From assembly GCF_004010195.1 (NCBI RefSeq), contig NC_057719.1:23377217-23441216 (forward strand): DNA of 64,000 bases, given 5' to 3'. Source of the DNA: Chiloscyllium plagiosum. Its lineage: Eukaryota. Both the position numbers and the translations under genes were made by a program. Position 1 is the stretch's first letter. Every line of letters starts with the position of its first letter. Of this stretch, positions 1-11,565 are shown one piece after another. The notes below the pieces were generated by a model that worked only from the letters and a program-made list of their open reading frames with translations, was not told the DNA's origin and searched no databases.

Positions 1-434
1 GACTGGAGGGCTTATCTTATAAGGAGAGGTTGACTGAGCTCGGACTTTTTTCATTGGAGAAAAGGAGGAGAAGAGGGGACCTAATTGAGGTATACAAGGT
101 AATGAGAGGCATAAATAGAGTCAATAGCCAGAGACTATTTCCCAGGGCAGAAATGACTAACACGAGGGGTCATAGTTTTAAGCTGGTTGGAGGAAAGTAT
201 AGCGGGAATGTCAGAGGAGGGTTCTTCACACAGAGAGTTATGAGAGCATGAAATGCGTTGCCAGCAGCAGTTGTGGAGGCAGGGTCATTGGGGACATTTA
301 AGAGACTCCTCGACATACATATAGTCACAGAAATTTGAGGGTGCATACATGAGGATCAGTGGTCAGCACAACATCGTGGCCTGAAGGGCCTGTTCTGTGC
401 TGTACTGTTCTATGTTCTATGTTCTATGTTCTAT
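1..434 (+). mobile_element. CR1-clade LINE, 3' end fragment
   Basis: ORF 30..251 has the CR1 ORF2 C-terminus ([30 protein letters not shown]); ends in a (GTTCTAT)n tail at ~407-434. Confidence 0.9.
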
Positions 435-477
435 GAAATAGTGCCTGCCCATCTCGTATGGATAATCAAGGTTCCTC

Positions 478-2078
478 TGTGGATGGTGAAATCTTGAAAA
501 ATGTCCATATTACAGAGGAGGTGGTGCTGGATGTCTTGAAACGCATATATGTGTATAAATCCCCAGGACCTGATCAGGTGTACCCTCGAACTCTGTGGGA
601 AGCTAGGGAAGTGATTGCTGGGTCTCTTGCTGAGATATTTGTATCATCGATAGTCACAGTTAAGAAGCCAGAAGATTGGAAGTTGGCTAACGTGGTGCCA
701 TTATTTAAGAAAGGTGGTAAGGACAAGCTAGGGAACAATAAATCAGTGAGACTGATGTCAGTGGTGGGCAAGTTGTTGGAGGCAATTCTGAGGGACAGGA
801 TGTACATGTATTTGGAAAGGCAAGGACTGATTAGGGACAGTCAACAGCTTTTGTGCGTGGGAAATCATGTCTCACAAACTTGATTGATGCTTTTGAAAAT
901 GTTACAAATAGGATTGATGAGGGCAGAGTGGTGGATGTGATCTATATGGACTTCAGTACTGCATTCAACAAGGTTTCCCATGGGAGACTGGTTAGCAAGG
1001 TTAGATCTCATGGAATACAGGGAGAACTAGCCTCTTAGATACAGAACTGGCTCAAAGGTAGAAGACAGAGGATGGTGGTGGAGGGTTGCTTTTCAGACTG
1101 GAGGCCTATGACCAGTGGAGTGCCACAAGGATCGGTGCTGGGTACACACTACTTATCATTTATATAAATGATTTGGATCTGAACATTGGAGGTTTGCAGA
1201 TGACACCAAAATCCGAGGTGTAATGGACAGTGAAGAAGGTTGTCTCAGTGTACAATGGGATTAGATGAGCCAATGGACTGCGGAGTGGCAGATGGAGTTT
1301 AATTTAGATAAATGTGAGGTGCTGCCTTTTAGGAAAGCAAATCTTAGCAGGACTTATACACTTAATGGTAAGGTCCTAGGGAGTGTTGCTGAACAAAGAG
1401 ACCTTGGAGTGCAGGTTCATAGCTCCTTGAAAGTAGAATTGCAGGTAGATAGGATAGTGAAGAGGGCAATTGGTATGCTTTCCTTTACTGGTCAGAGCAT
1501 TGAGTATAGGAGTTGGGAGGTCATGTTGTGACTATACAGGACGTTGGTTAGGCCACTTTTGGAATATTGCATGCAATTCTGGTCTTCTTCCTATCGCAAG
1601 TATGTTCAGCAAAGATTTACAAGGATGTTGCCATGGTTGGAGCTATGGGGAGATGCTGAATAGGCTGGGGCTGTTTTCTGTGGAGCATGGGAGACTGAGG
1701 GGTGACCTTATAGAGATTTATAAAATCATGACGCGCATGGATAGGATAGATAGACAAAGTATTTTCCCTGGGTGGGGGAGTCCAGAACTAGATAGCATAG
1801 GTTTAGGGTGAGAGGGGAAAGATATAAACGGGATGTAAGGGCAACTTTTTCACGCAGAGGGTGGTATGTGTGTGGAATGAGCTGCCAGAGGAAGTGGTGG
1901 AGTCTGGTACACTTACAACATTTAAAAGGCATCTGGATTGGTATGTGAATAGGAAGGGTTTAGAGGGATTTGGGCCACATTCTGGTGAATGGGACTAGAT
2001 TAGGCTGGGATATCTGATCGGCATGGGTGAGTTGAACCGAAGGGTATGTTTCCGTGCTGTACATCTCTATGACTCTAT
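478..2078 (+). mobile_element. CR1-clade LINE, 5'-truncated degraded ORF2/RT
   Basis: ORF fragments KSPGPD, ANVVPLFKKG, SCLTNLI, DVIYMDFS, WQMEFNLDKC, RLRGDLIE; 3' tail CTATGACTCTAT. Confidence 0.92.
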
Positions 2079-2538
2079 ATTGAGCCGTTTTAATAAAACC
2101 AGAACAGAAAATGCAAGCTAACAAGCCAGGTGAAAACCTATTAATCTTAAAATTAGTGGAACTAAGCTTCAATGGAAAATAAAATTGCAGTGACTTTCTA
2201 GGCGAACTCATGCAAAGCATACACGAATGTAAGAAAGTTTAAGTCGTGCCCTCTGGATTGTACAGAGGGTAGAAAGTGTTAGTAACTGAGAGTTATTGAG
2301 TGAAGGTGCTTCATGCAATAATGAAATTGGTAATCCATGAATATTGGTGAGGTTTGTCCCCAATGAAAGAGTTAAATTGAGTCTCAGGTAGCAGAGAATA
2401 GTTGGTAGATCGCTATATTCTTGTGACGCACAGATCATTGACCATTTTCCTGCACTGTTAGACTTTCCATTTGACCCCCTGAGAGAACACTGACCCAGGC
2501 CATGATTTATGTCCAGGCTTTGGCTTTCTCTGATGGCC

Positions 2539-3665
2539 TATTAAAGTACGTATCAGAAATGGCTCAGGGAATCCCTGATGGACTCGACCTGTAACCTTTC
2601 TTGTTTCATCGTACTCTGTGATTGTCTGGAATATAAAACTCTTACAGACAGTATAGTTTAAATTATTACCTTTATTTACCAATGGCATCAATGTTGCACT
2701 ATAACGTAGATACCTACAAGCGAAAGTGAGGACTGCAGATGCTGGAGATCAGAGTCAAGATCAGAGTGGTGCTGGAAAAGCACAGCAGGTCAGGCAGCAT
2801 CCGAGGAGCAGGAAAATGAAGGTTTTCAGGCTAAAACCCTCCTTATTGCTACAAACAAGCTGTCTTTATACTGAAATTGGTATTAAAATTACAAAAATGC
2901 CACATGCCCTTAATCAGATAAGCAGCAATAAAATGGCAAAGGTTTGTAGAGTCACTTTGCTTAACTAACATGCCCAATATCATTGTCCTACAAAATGGCT
3001 ATTTCTTTTATAATCAGATTCCCAAAATGCAATTTAAATTCATAACATTCACAGATCTCAAGCTCCAGGGAACAACACACACATTCAATCCATGACAAGC
3101 CAGTGTTCACTCAACTCAGACCATCAAGGGTTAATCTTTCCACCAGCTTCCATCCTGTCTGTCTCTCTCACTCTCTCTCTCTCTCTCTGTGTCCCGTGAA
3201 CCCTTCAGTCAGTGAGTGTAATTTACAAAAGAATATTTTCTCTCTCACTCATGCATGAACATCTTCCAACTTTCAGCCTTTGTGTTTTCCTAGCCTGTCA
3301 GGGTAATGAGACATTCACTTCCCTGAACAGTCAAGATGAGGGAGCTGAGTTTTATAAATTCAAATCTGCTCAGTGTGCTATACAGGAAAATGTATCAGGA
3401 TTGTTCTATCATGTGCATATTCCATTCAGCTTATTAAATTACAAGTTCTTTTCATATTGAGTATGAGTTTTGTTAAGAGTCTTTGAACTAAACCAGCAAT
3501 TTAGTTATCTGACATTTCACTGTGAAATAGGCATGGCTCCAGCCTCCAGCATGAGAAGGAAGTATTGCCACACATTCCACAAGTGAGCAAATTTTATGAC
3601 CTTATTTACGCTGATCCATCGACATGAACAACAGATGCCCCAATTCTTCTGAACAACTATCAACA
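2539..3665 (-). repeat. ERV 3' LTR (contains a short Penelope-derived insert and a (CT)n tract)
   Basis: 2539-3118 aligns with 8063-8696 (e.g. GGGAATCCCTGATGGACTCGACCTGTA in both); on the minus strand it begins TGTTG directly after a polypurine tract. Confidence 0.85.
2722..2838 (-). mobile_element. Short Penelope-derived element inserted in the ERV 3' LTR
   Basis: GAAAGTGAGGACTGCAGATGCTGGAGATCAGAG...CAGGTCAGGCAGCATCC family; absent from the 5' LTR. Confidence 0.8.
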
Positions 3666-4374
3666 CCTCCCCCCCCCCAACTGTGGTCGAGTGCTTTCCC
3701 GCATCTCCTTAGCAGATGTAAGAAGATCATCAACGGAACATCCCGAAGCACCAATGCCATTTCCAGTGTAGCTGTGAGTACATTGGCATTCTACACGTAG
3801 ATTGCTGGTTTTATTTCTGCAAGTAGCATTGGGGTGACAAATGGGACACTTTAGTATTCCCATGGAATCATGGGTGGTGTTCAGATTCTAAATAGGGATA
3901 GCAAAATGGGTAGTGGTTAGCAGAGTGAGTGTTGTTAATTTTTGTTGTTTCATGGTCATCGGGGTTGTCTTGTCATGATTAGTAGTAATGACGTCTGTGA
4001 TAGTGATGGTTGTAGGTGATGATATGGTCGTCGGTATAGGGGCAAGAGTCATTGATAGGCATCTAACGTCACATTGGTTCGGCATGTGGCATCCTCCAAA
4101 ATATCATTTAGATTGATAAAAGTAATTCTTGTGACATTGTTCTTACCAACAAATTTACATACCACTTTGGTCACTTCTCCATTTGATTCATTAGCATTGA
4201 CACAAATTCCATTCATACAGTCACATTGGAGGTTTAGCCAGTCAGAGATATTACAGATGGGCAGATTACATCTGGGCGCATGTACTTGGTTTGTGTATTC
4301 ATCGGATGATTGCACTCGTACTAACACTAGGATTGTAGGGTGATACAAGCTTGCAATCTCCTTTGTAGACCCAT
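3660..4374 (-). pseudogene. Degraded env-position ORF: putative signal peptide, Cys-rich glycosylated domain, Thr-rich stalk, EGF-like domain
   Basis: Joined from ATG 4374 (MGLQRRLQACITL), ORF 4049..4348, ORF 3888..4085 and in-frame ORF 3660..3863 (CPICHPNATC...CQCTHSYTGNGIGASGC); needs two inferred frameshifts and one in-frame TAG at 3888-3890. Confidence 0.7.
3666..3678 (-). other. ERV polypurine tract
   Basis: Minus strand reads a G-run then AGG immediately before TGTTG (LTR start). Confidence 0.85.
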
Positions 4375-5480
4375 GTTGACCATCCTTCTGTTTTTACTGC
4401 AGTTTCAGTTGTCAGAAGAACTTAATAAGGGCCTTTCCAGCGAGGGCCCAATTTTTCCCAATTAAAGTCTTTTAATAATACATAGTCACCAGGGTTGATG
4501 TCTTTAAATGCTGGCACTCTTTCTTCTTTCTTCCCTCGATAGGCTTCTTTGACCTGTTGATGATAAGACTGCAATGCTTTGGTTAGCTTAATCAGGTACC
4601 TGTGCATTTCTTCTGCAATGACATGCACATCAACAGGATGTTGGGCCATCGATGGTGCAGATCAGGGAGTCCTCAGGGGCTTTCCATATACTAGTTCAGC
4701 CGCTGAGAATCCTGTCTTTTTCTGGATTGTAGTTCTCCTATTAAAAAGGGCAATTGGGAATACTTGCAGCCAATTAAGGCCTGTTTCCTCTACCAACTTG
4801 CTTGGCTGACCTTTTAAAATACCATTGGCTCTTTCTACAATTCCTGCTACTTGGGAATGGTAGGGACAACGGAATTTTTAATTCATATTCAGACTCTTAC
4901 ATAGTTCCTTGTTTAGCTCCACACAGAATGGGGGCCATTATCGGAAGAGACCTTTGCTGGTATCCCAAACCTGGGCATGATTTCCCTTAGTAGAATTTTA
5001 CGGCTAGTTTTTGCTGTGCAGTCAGTACAGGAATAAGCTTCAATCCGTTGACTAAATACATCAATAATCATGAAGCAATACTTATAACAATGGCATCTAG
5101 ATAATTCTATAAAATCTGACTGGACAGTATCAAGAGATGCACTTGGCAAGGGAGTTTCACCTGGTGGACACTTTACTCCTTTTCCGGGATTATGCTTTTT
5201 TGACAAATTAGACAATTTACAGCTGTTTGTTTTGCTTTTTCTTGCTGGTGGGGATTCCACCAAGTTTGGAGAATTCTGTCCACCATTCTCTCCTTACCTA
5301 CATGTGCGCGCGCATGAACATAATCAACTAGAATAGGCAAAAGCAAATCGGGCAGACATGTCTGTCCAATGGCATAATCCAAAGTTCAGTATAACTATTT
5401 ACATAACAACCATGGTTCATCCATGTTTGTGTTTCCTCATCAGAGGCGTGCCTCCGATGAGTCCGTATTTGCTCTCGATC
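4328..5480 (-). pseudogene. pol: Retroviral integrase (frameshifted)
   Basis: HARAH...CLIC zinc-binding motif, TVQSDFIEL, KVSSDNGPH, VERANG, PGDYVLLK, LGPRWKGPY*VLLTT across ORFs 5173..5382, 4913..5263, 4422..4649. Confidence 0.92.
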
Positions 5481-5539
5481 AGGCATGGTCAGAGTATCAG
5501 TAGAGGATAAAGGAGAAGCTTCCTTTGGCTTCCTGTTTG

Positions 5540-6105
5540 TCATTTGGGTGACCATAGCTCTTTGTCAAAACCTGCCACCTTAGCAGCCACGTAAGCAGCA
5601 TGGTTGCCTTTAGTGACATCAGAAGCATCGGAAGAGTGAGCGGAACTTTGATAATTACCAATTGAGAGGGAAGTTGAGTAGCGCAGAGGAGGTTCGTAAC
5701 ACAAGCAGCATTGAGGATAGGAGTTCCTAACGAGGTAAGAAAGCTGCACTGTTGCCAGAGTTGACCAAAATCATGGGCACATCCAAAGGTGTAGTGAAAG
5801 TCATTGTAGACATTAGCTGACTTCCCTTCAGCAAGTATGCAGGCATGGGTGAGAGCAAGGAGCTCGGCTTGTTGGGTAGAGCAGGGTGGATCGATGGAAT
5901 AAGCTTCTATCATTTGAGACAAAGTGACAATCGCATATCCTGACATGCATTTGCCTTCTGGAGAGATGGAAGAAGAACCATCAACAAAAAGTGTAAAATC
6001 TGGGTTAACAAGAGCCTGATCCGCAAGATTAGGATGTGACTTAGTAACAAGGTTATTTATAACAACACAGTCATGGAGAGGATCAAGGTCCATCCTCAGA
6101 GCTAG
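5540..6105 (-). pseudogene. pol: Retroviral RNase H with the end of the connection region
   Basis: ORF 5497..6093: HDC, TLFVDGSS, GYAIV, TQQAELLALT, NVYNDFHYTFG; ORF 5540..5749: AHS..GNHAA. Confidence 0.92.
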
Positions 6106-6146
6106 CGGTAACCATGGGAAGATTCAAGGGATGTTGATGACCTAAG

Positions 6147-7800
6147 TCAGGGAGCCAGGTTTGGAAAGGTTTCTGTACAGTAAAAGGGGCAAACTACTGG
6201 GGTCCCTGAAGAGGGTGAATCAGAAGGTTGCTGGTGGCTTCCATTCTGGTGATCAACATGGGGCTGCTTTGGGAAAGAGCAGTTCTTGGACTAATGTCCT
6301 GGTTGATTACAGTTGACGCAAATGTCTGGCCGTTTAGGGAATCTTAAGGGTGGGAGAAGTGGAGAGGAATAGGAAGAGGATGTATAGGGAGTAAGGGGCA
6401 TCATGGACTGTTGGGTAGGGTACCTAGCAGGACCCCAAGGTCCATAGGATATTGTTGATATATGGTACCAATCCTATTGTCTTGCCATACTGGATGACAG
6501 TATGAGGGTTCCATTTGATAGCCTGGATGGTCTTGCGGATGAGAAGGTCTATTCGGAGTTCTGGTTTTAGGTCTAGCCCCTGCAGTTTGGGCAAATTCGG
6601 TCTTGACCTTAACTGTTGAGGCCTTAGTGTCGGGGTCCTTTAGTTCCCAGAAGTAACATACTTCTCAGCTGAATTGTTCAACATTGGCATGTTGCCAGTG
6701 CATATTACGGGTTTTAAGAGCTTTCTGTACCTAGCCAGGAAGGACAGTCATACATAAGGCATTAAATTGGGTAATTGTCATTGTGGGTACTGAGAATTAC
6801 GAGAGTAAGCACCATAGCAGTCCTTAAAGCAGACAAGGAAATCCTCAGCTCCTTTACTTGAACGAGGTTTGTGTGTAATAATCCAATCTGACCTATTAGG
6901 TTCAGCTGGATGCATTAGCATGAGTTGGGTATGATTATTACATTGCAAAATTTCTAAGAACTTAGTCCATTTTCAGGGGAAAAAGCGCATTCTATGAGGT
7001 TAAGTAAGTCTTGGGAGGCCACTTTGTTAATGGTCCTAGTCCAATTAATATAACTAACGAATCCTTCGGGAGTCTTTCCACAGTCTGAAGGCTCATTGAT
7101 GATGCTAGAGATTTCATGAGGCTTCCAAGGCTGATAAAGATTAACAAATCCCTGATTCTGGATAAGCAGGATTGGGGACTCTTCTAGTCGGGAAATTTCC
7201 CTTTGGCCATTTCATATCAGGGTGAGTGTGAGGACTAACGTTAAGGACCCTAAAATTTTATTGTAATTATCAATGTCTTCAGGACTCATTTATGGACGGG
7301 GGAGGGGTCTGATTTTCATTGACCGGTTTCCCTTTCCTTTGGGACCCCTGAAATTTCAGATTAGGTTGTGGTTCTCTGCCTTTTTTATTTTTTGCTTTTT
7401 TTTCTCTAGCCAACTCCAATTCTGTTTCTAAATCATGTGCTTCACATTTGCATTTTAGTTCTGTCCAATCTAATTCAAATCCTTCCTCAGGTAATGGACT
7501 GATACCCCTTTTAATACAGCTTTGTCTCCATGATGACTGCATGGATTTTCCCCACTCTTCTTTAGCTACATTTTTTCCATATAGCTGGCTTTTCTTTTTA
7601 CTCCCACAACCGTTTTTCCATATCGCTTATTCAACTTCCATAAGTAGCTTTAGATCATGTGTGCCTCACAGAGGTTAGTCCTTATTGTATTGGGCAGCTG
7701 CACCTGATATTCCCCTGAATTGTTTCTCAAAATTAGGATACATACTGACTATCTCTATTAAGGGACATTTGCCCTCTATCTTATCTAGGGTTGCACCCAT
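6147..7800 (-). pseudogene. gag: Retroviral gag (degraded)
   Basis: Starts MGATLDK at 7800 (Gly2), in frame with ORF 7279..7542; capsid-like LYQPWKPHEISSII near 7140; zinc knuckle CVNCNQPGH*SKNC at 6279-6320; that frame ends TGA at 6147-6149. Confidence 0.85.
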
Positions 7801-8062
7801 ACTTATCCTATTTATTGTATACCTTCACAAAATTCTTGCTGTTGTCTCTATTTTTAGTGCCTATTTAAATCATCTCATTCGGGGTTCCATCAGGGTATGT
7901 GAGAGTGAAATGGGAGAGGCGGCATACAAAAATACAGACAGAGAGCAACCAAGGTATAACCTTAGCTTGTGGGCCTGTTGGTCTCTAATCTGACCTTTAG
8001 ATGAAGCTCCTCTTTTCTGGTTTCACTCACATGAATCCCTTGTTGGAACCCTGGTCTCAAAT

Positions 8063-8696
8063 TGTTAAAGTCCCTATTTGAGACAGCTTAGGGAATCCCT
8101 GATGGACTCGACCTGTAGCCTCTGTTATTTCATCCCAGAGATCGTACTCTGTGGTAGTCTGGTATATAAAACTCTTACAGTTTACATTATTACCTTTTAT
8201 TTACCAATGGCATCAATGTTACACTATTACATAGATATCTACCTTACTCGTAAGAGCTCTCTCAGGCTTCTCCCCTTATTGCTGCAAACAAGCTGTCATT
8301 ACACAGAAATTGGTATTAAAATTACAAAAATGCCACATGTCCTTAACCAGATAAGCAGCAATAAAATGGCAAATGTCTGCAGAGGAAGAGAAGCTCTGAG
8401 TATGTTTGACTAATTAAGCTACACACACATCAAAGTGGGAAACCTTGATCCAGCCAGGCCAAATGCTCAATTGCTTTAGATAGTACATTATGATGAGAGA
8501 CTAGTCTCAACTATGTGAGAAAGGTCATAGGATCACCTTGCTCAGCCAATATGTCTAGTATCATTGTCTTACAAAATGGCTGTTTCTTTTAAAATCATCT
8601 TAGATTCCCAAAATGCAACTTAAATTCATAACACACCCGATTCTCAAGCTCCAGGGAGCAACACACATTTAATCCATGCCAGTGTTCACTCAAATC
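8063..8696 (-). repeat. ERV 5' LTR (partial, truncated by gap)
   Basis: Homologous to 2539-3118; minus-strand end ...TTTAACA. Confidence 0.88.
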
Positions 8697-9196
8697 NNNN
8701 NNNNNNNNNNNNNNNNNNNNNNNNNNNNNNNNNNNNNNNNNNNNNNNNNNNNNNNNNNNNNNNNNNNNNNNNNNNNNNNNNNNNNNNNNNNNNNNNNNNN
8801 NNNNNNNNNNNNNNNNNNNNNNNNNNNNNNNNNNNNNNNNNNNNNNNNNNNNNNNNNNNNNNNNNNNNNNNNNNNNNNNNNNNNNNNNNNNNNNNNNNNN
8901 NNNNNNNNNNNNNNNNNNNNNNNNNNNNNNNNNNNNNNNNNNNNNNNNNNNNNNNNNNNNNNNNNNNNNNNNNNNNNNNNNNNNNNNNNNNNNNNNNNNN
9001 NNNNNNNNNNNNNNNNNNNNNNNNNNNNNNNNNNNNNNNNNNNNNNNNNNNNNNNNNNNNNNNNNNNNNNNNNNNNNNNNNNNNNNNNNNNNNNNNNNNN
9101 NNNNNNNNNNNNNNNNNNNNNNNNNNNNNNNNNNNNNNNNNNNNNNNNNNNNNNNNNNNNNNNNNNNNNNNNNNNNNNNNNNNNNNNNNNNNNNNN
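8697..9196. other. Assembly gap (500 N), probably hiding the rest of the 5' LTR
   Basis: N run; about 550 bp of LTR is unaccounted for. Confidence 0.95.
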
Positions 9197-9557
9197 TTCC
9201 TGACTGAATGGAAAATTTAATTTCTTACTAATTCTGATAAAATAATGAAGATGAGACATCAAATACTCATATAAATACACAAACATCAGGACAAAGTTCT
9301 AAAGTTTTAAAAGGATAACATCTAGTACAAAAAATAAATAAAAGTAATATGCAATTTTAAAATCCTTAGAGTCCTTAAATTGCTAGATTTTAACTTGGGT
9401 TGACAGTTTGTTTAGTTGATGCCTTATATCTCAGCTATAGTGAATGTTAAAGCAAATAAGTCACAGTGAAGGGAGTTCCTCGAATTTGTTTTATCACTGG
9501 GTATTGAATTTGAAAAGGCTGAAAGGAAGTTGGTTGAGAGAGAGCTTTCCAGTTCTG

Positions 9558-9782
9558 CTGAAAAATGTGTTGCTGGAAAAGCGCAACAGGTCAGGCAGCA
9601 TCCAAGGAGCAGGAGAATCGACGTTTCGGGCATAAGCCCTTCTTCAAGAATCTCTTCCTGAAGAAGAGCTTATGCCCGAAACATTGATTCACCTGCTCCT
9701 TGGATGCTGCCTGACCTGCTGTGCTTTTCCAGCAACACATTTTTCAGCTCTGATCTCCAGCATCTGCAGTCCTCAATTTTTT
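9558..9782. mobile_element. Palindromic Penelope-derived element with hammerhead-like motif
   Basis: Inverted arms centred near 9652; CTGAAGAAGAGCTTATGCCCGAAAC; flanking direct repeat CAGTTCTGCTG (9550-9560, 9783-9793). Confidence 0.82.
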
Positions 9783-10220
9783 CAGTTCTGCTGTTAGGAA
9801 TCCATTTCCCTCTCCCTGCTCTGCCCAAAAGCAGTTGCTTGACATACAACTAATCGTTGTATTCCCAAGTCTGGCTTCATTGTTGTTCCAAGGTGGATAA
9901 TTAACACACAGGTCATTCATCCTACAACTTGTGAAACATAACAGCGTGAAGTAAACAGAATATACAGATTTGAATTTCAATGTCTTTTGATCCAATGTTA
10001 ATTTCAGCTCAGATTGATTCTTGTTATTGATGGCTTCAAAAGTTAGCTGAACCTGTGCTAGGGCCATCTTAAATCAGTGTTTTCACCTTTTAGAAGCATC
10101 TTATATGTACTTTTTCTAACCTATTTTCCTAACCAACTCAGAGACGTTATCGCACATCTCTGGAGCAAGTGGGACATGAGCCCAGGCCTCTCAGTCCAGG
10201 GTTTGGGGCCTTACTACTGA

Positions 10221-10429
10221 GGAGAAAGTGAGGTCTGCAGATGCTGGAGATCAGAGATGGAAATGTGTTGCTGGAAAAGCGCAGCAGGTCAGGCAGCATC
10301 TAGGGAACAGGAGAATCGACGTTTCGGGCATTAGCCCTTCTTCAGGAGCGGTAATTCTATTCTACTTTCACAGAATTTCCTGAAGAAGGGCTAATGCCCG
10401 AAACGTCGATTCTCCTGTTCCCTAGATGC
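10221..10429. mobile_element. Palindromic Penelope-derived element with hammerhead-like motif and templated spacer
   Basis: Perfect inverted arms; CTGAAGAAGGGCTAATGCCCGAAACGTC; TSD GGCCTTACTACTGAG (10207-10221, 10430-10444). Confidence 0.85.
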
Positions 10430-11462
10430 GGCCTTACTACTGAGCCATAAGTGACCCGAAAAGAAATTATTCAAGTAGTTTGTGAAAGCTCCAAGTGTTA
10501 AAAAACAGGTGATGTGATTCGTTACTATTTTTTCACTATAATAACAATAACCATTGAGACAGATACATAATTAGGCAGAAAATGTTCCATTAAAAACATA
10601 TAATCCTGCCTGGCCATTTAGTCTTTACACTCTTCATGAATTCATCACTCCTGTTTATCTCCACTATTCCCAGTTCCTCATTCTATTATACACAAAAAAG
10701 CTTTAACTGCTAATGCTGGCAAAACCCTTGATTGTAAGAGATCACAGTAAGCCTAATCATGTCTCATCCTGTATCAAAATAGCATTTCAAATAAAAATAG
10801 TTGTACAAATATTACAAGTAGTACAGGAAATTGAATCAAATAATACTGCTCCTGCTACCGGATATACAGAGAGCAGCATTCAATACAGAGCGGCTTCCAT
10901 GGTCTGTACAGCCAAAAGTCAGGAGCTTATGATTTCTCTGCAGCCTCTCCTAATTTTCTATTCTACTTTCACAGAATTACCACTGAAAAGTATATTAACT
11001 GTAGGGTTCTTTGACATCCATATTCTGAATTTACAACAAGAAAACCCACAAAGTTTTTCTCCCAGAAGGGAATCCTCTAAGCCATCAGGGAAATAAGCAA
11101 CATTCTTAATATAGAATGAATGCAAAAGAGAAAGCAGTCAAAGTAAGTAATGGTGTTCAGTAAATGGCTTGAATACAGCAGTTTAATTAGTTTTTTCTAA
11201 AATAAAGAACACTTAACCCAAGCAGTTCAACAATAAACAAACAGCTCAAAATCTAATGTGTGACAAAATGTTATAAATTATTGTACTTAGAGCCTATGTT
11301 TCAACAAATCATGTGCATCAAACTGCAGATCTCTAAACTCTCGATAAGATATTCATTATTAGTGTAATTAATTTAATATTCTTATCTAGTTATATGTGCC
11401 ACTTTGTGGTAACTTTGATGAGCGTGCTTTTATTCAATGAGTGGGAGCACAATCTGCTCTAA

Positions 11463-11565
11463 GACATCATTGTGACACTCCAGCGTACATTGTTCAGTTC
11501 AGTGGAAAGTGTTGACTCAATGAACCAGGAAATAGGAAAAGGAGCCCTCCTGAAGAACAAAAAAG
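11463..11565 (+). CDS. Weak candidate host exon (start uncertain)
   Basis: Open frame IIVTLQRTLFSSVESVDSMNQEIGKGALLKNKK ending AG|GTAAAT in phase 1, compatible with exon 18137; acceptor poorly defined. Confidence 0.2.

Larger units (their letters stand above)
2539..8696 (-). mobile_element. Defective class I (epsilon/gamma-like) endogenous retrovirus: LTR-gag-(PR/RT missing)-RNaseH-IN-env-position ORF-PPT-LTR
   Basis: Direct repeats starting at 2539 and 8063, PPT, CCHC knuckle, RNase H (LFVDGS), integrase (HHCC, QSDF, SDNGPH, GPRWKGPY); the 5' LTR runs into the N gap. Confidence 0.92.

Noticed and set aside
8030..8062. Primer binding site next to the 5' LTR
   Set aside because: Minus strand reads ATTTGAGACCAGGG..., lacking a clear TGG start; I could not assign a tRNA
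8676..9286. Long ORFs crossing N runs (also 14014-15016)
   Set aside because: Artefacts of translating gaps
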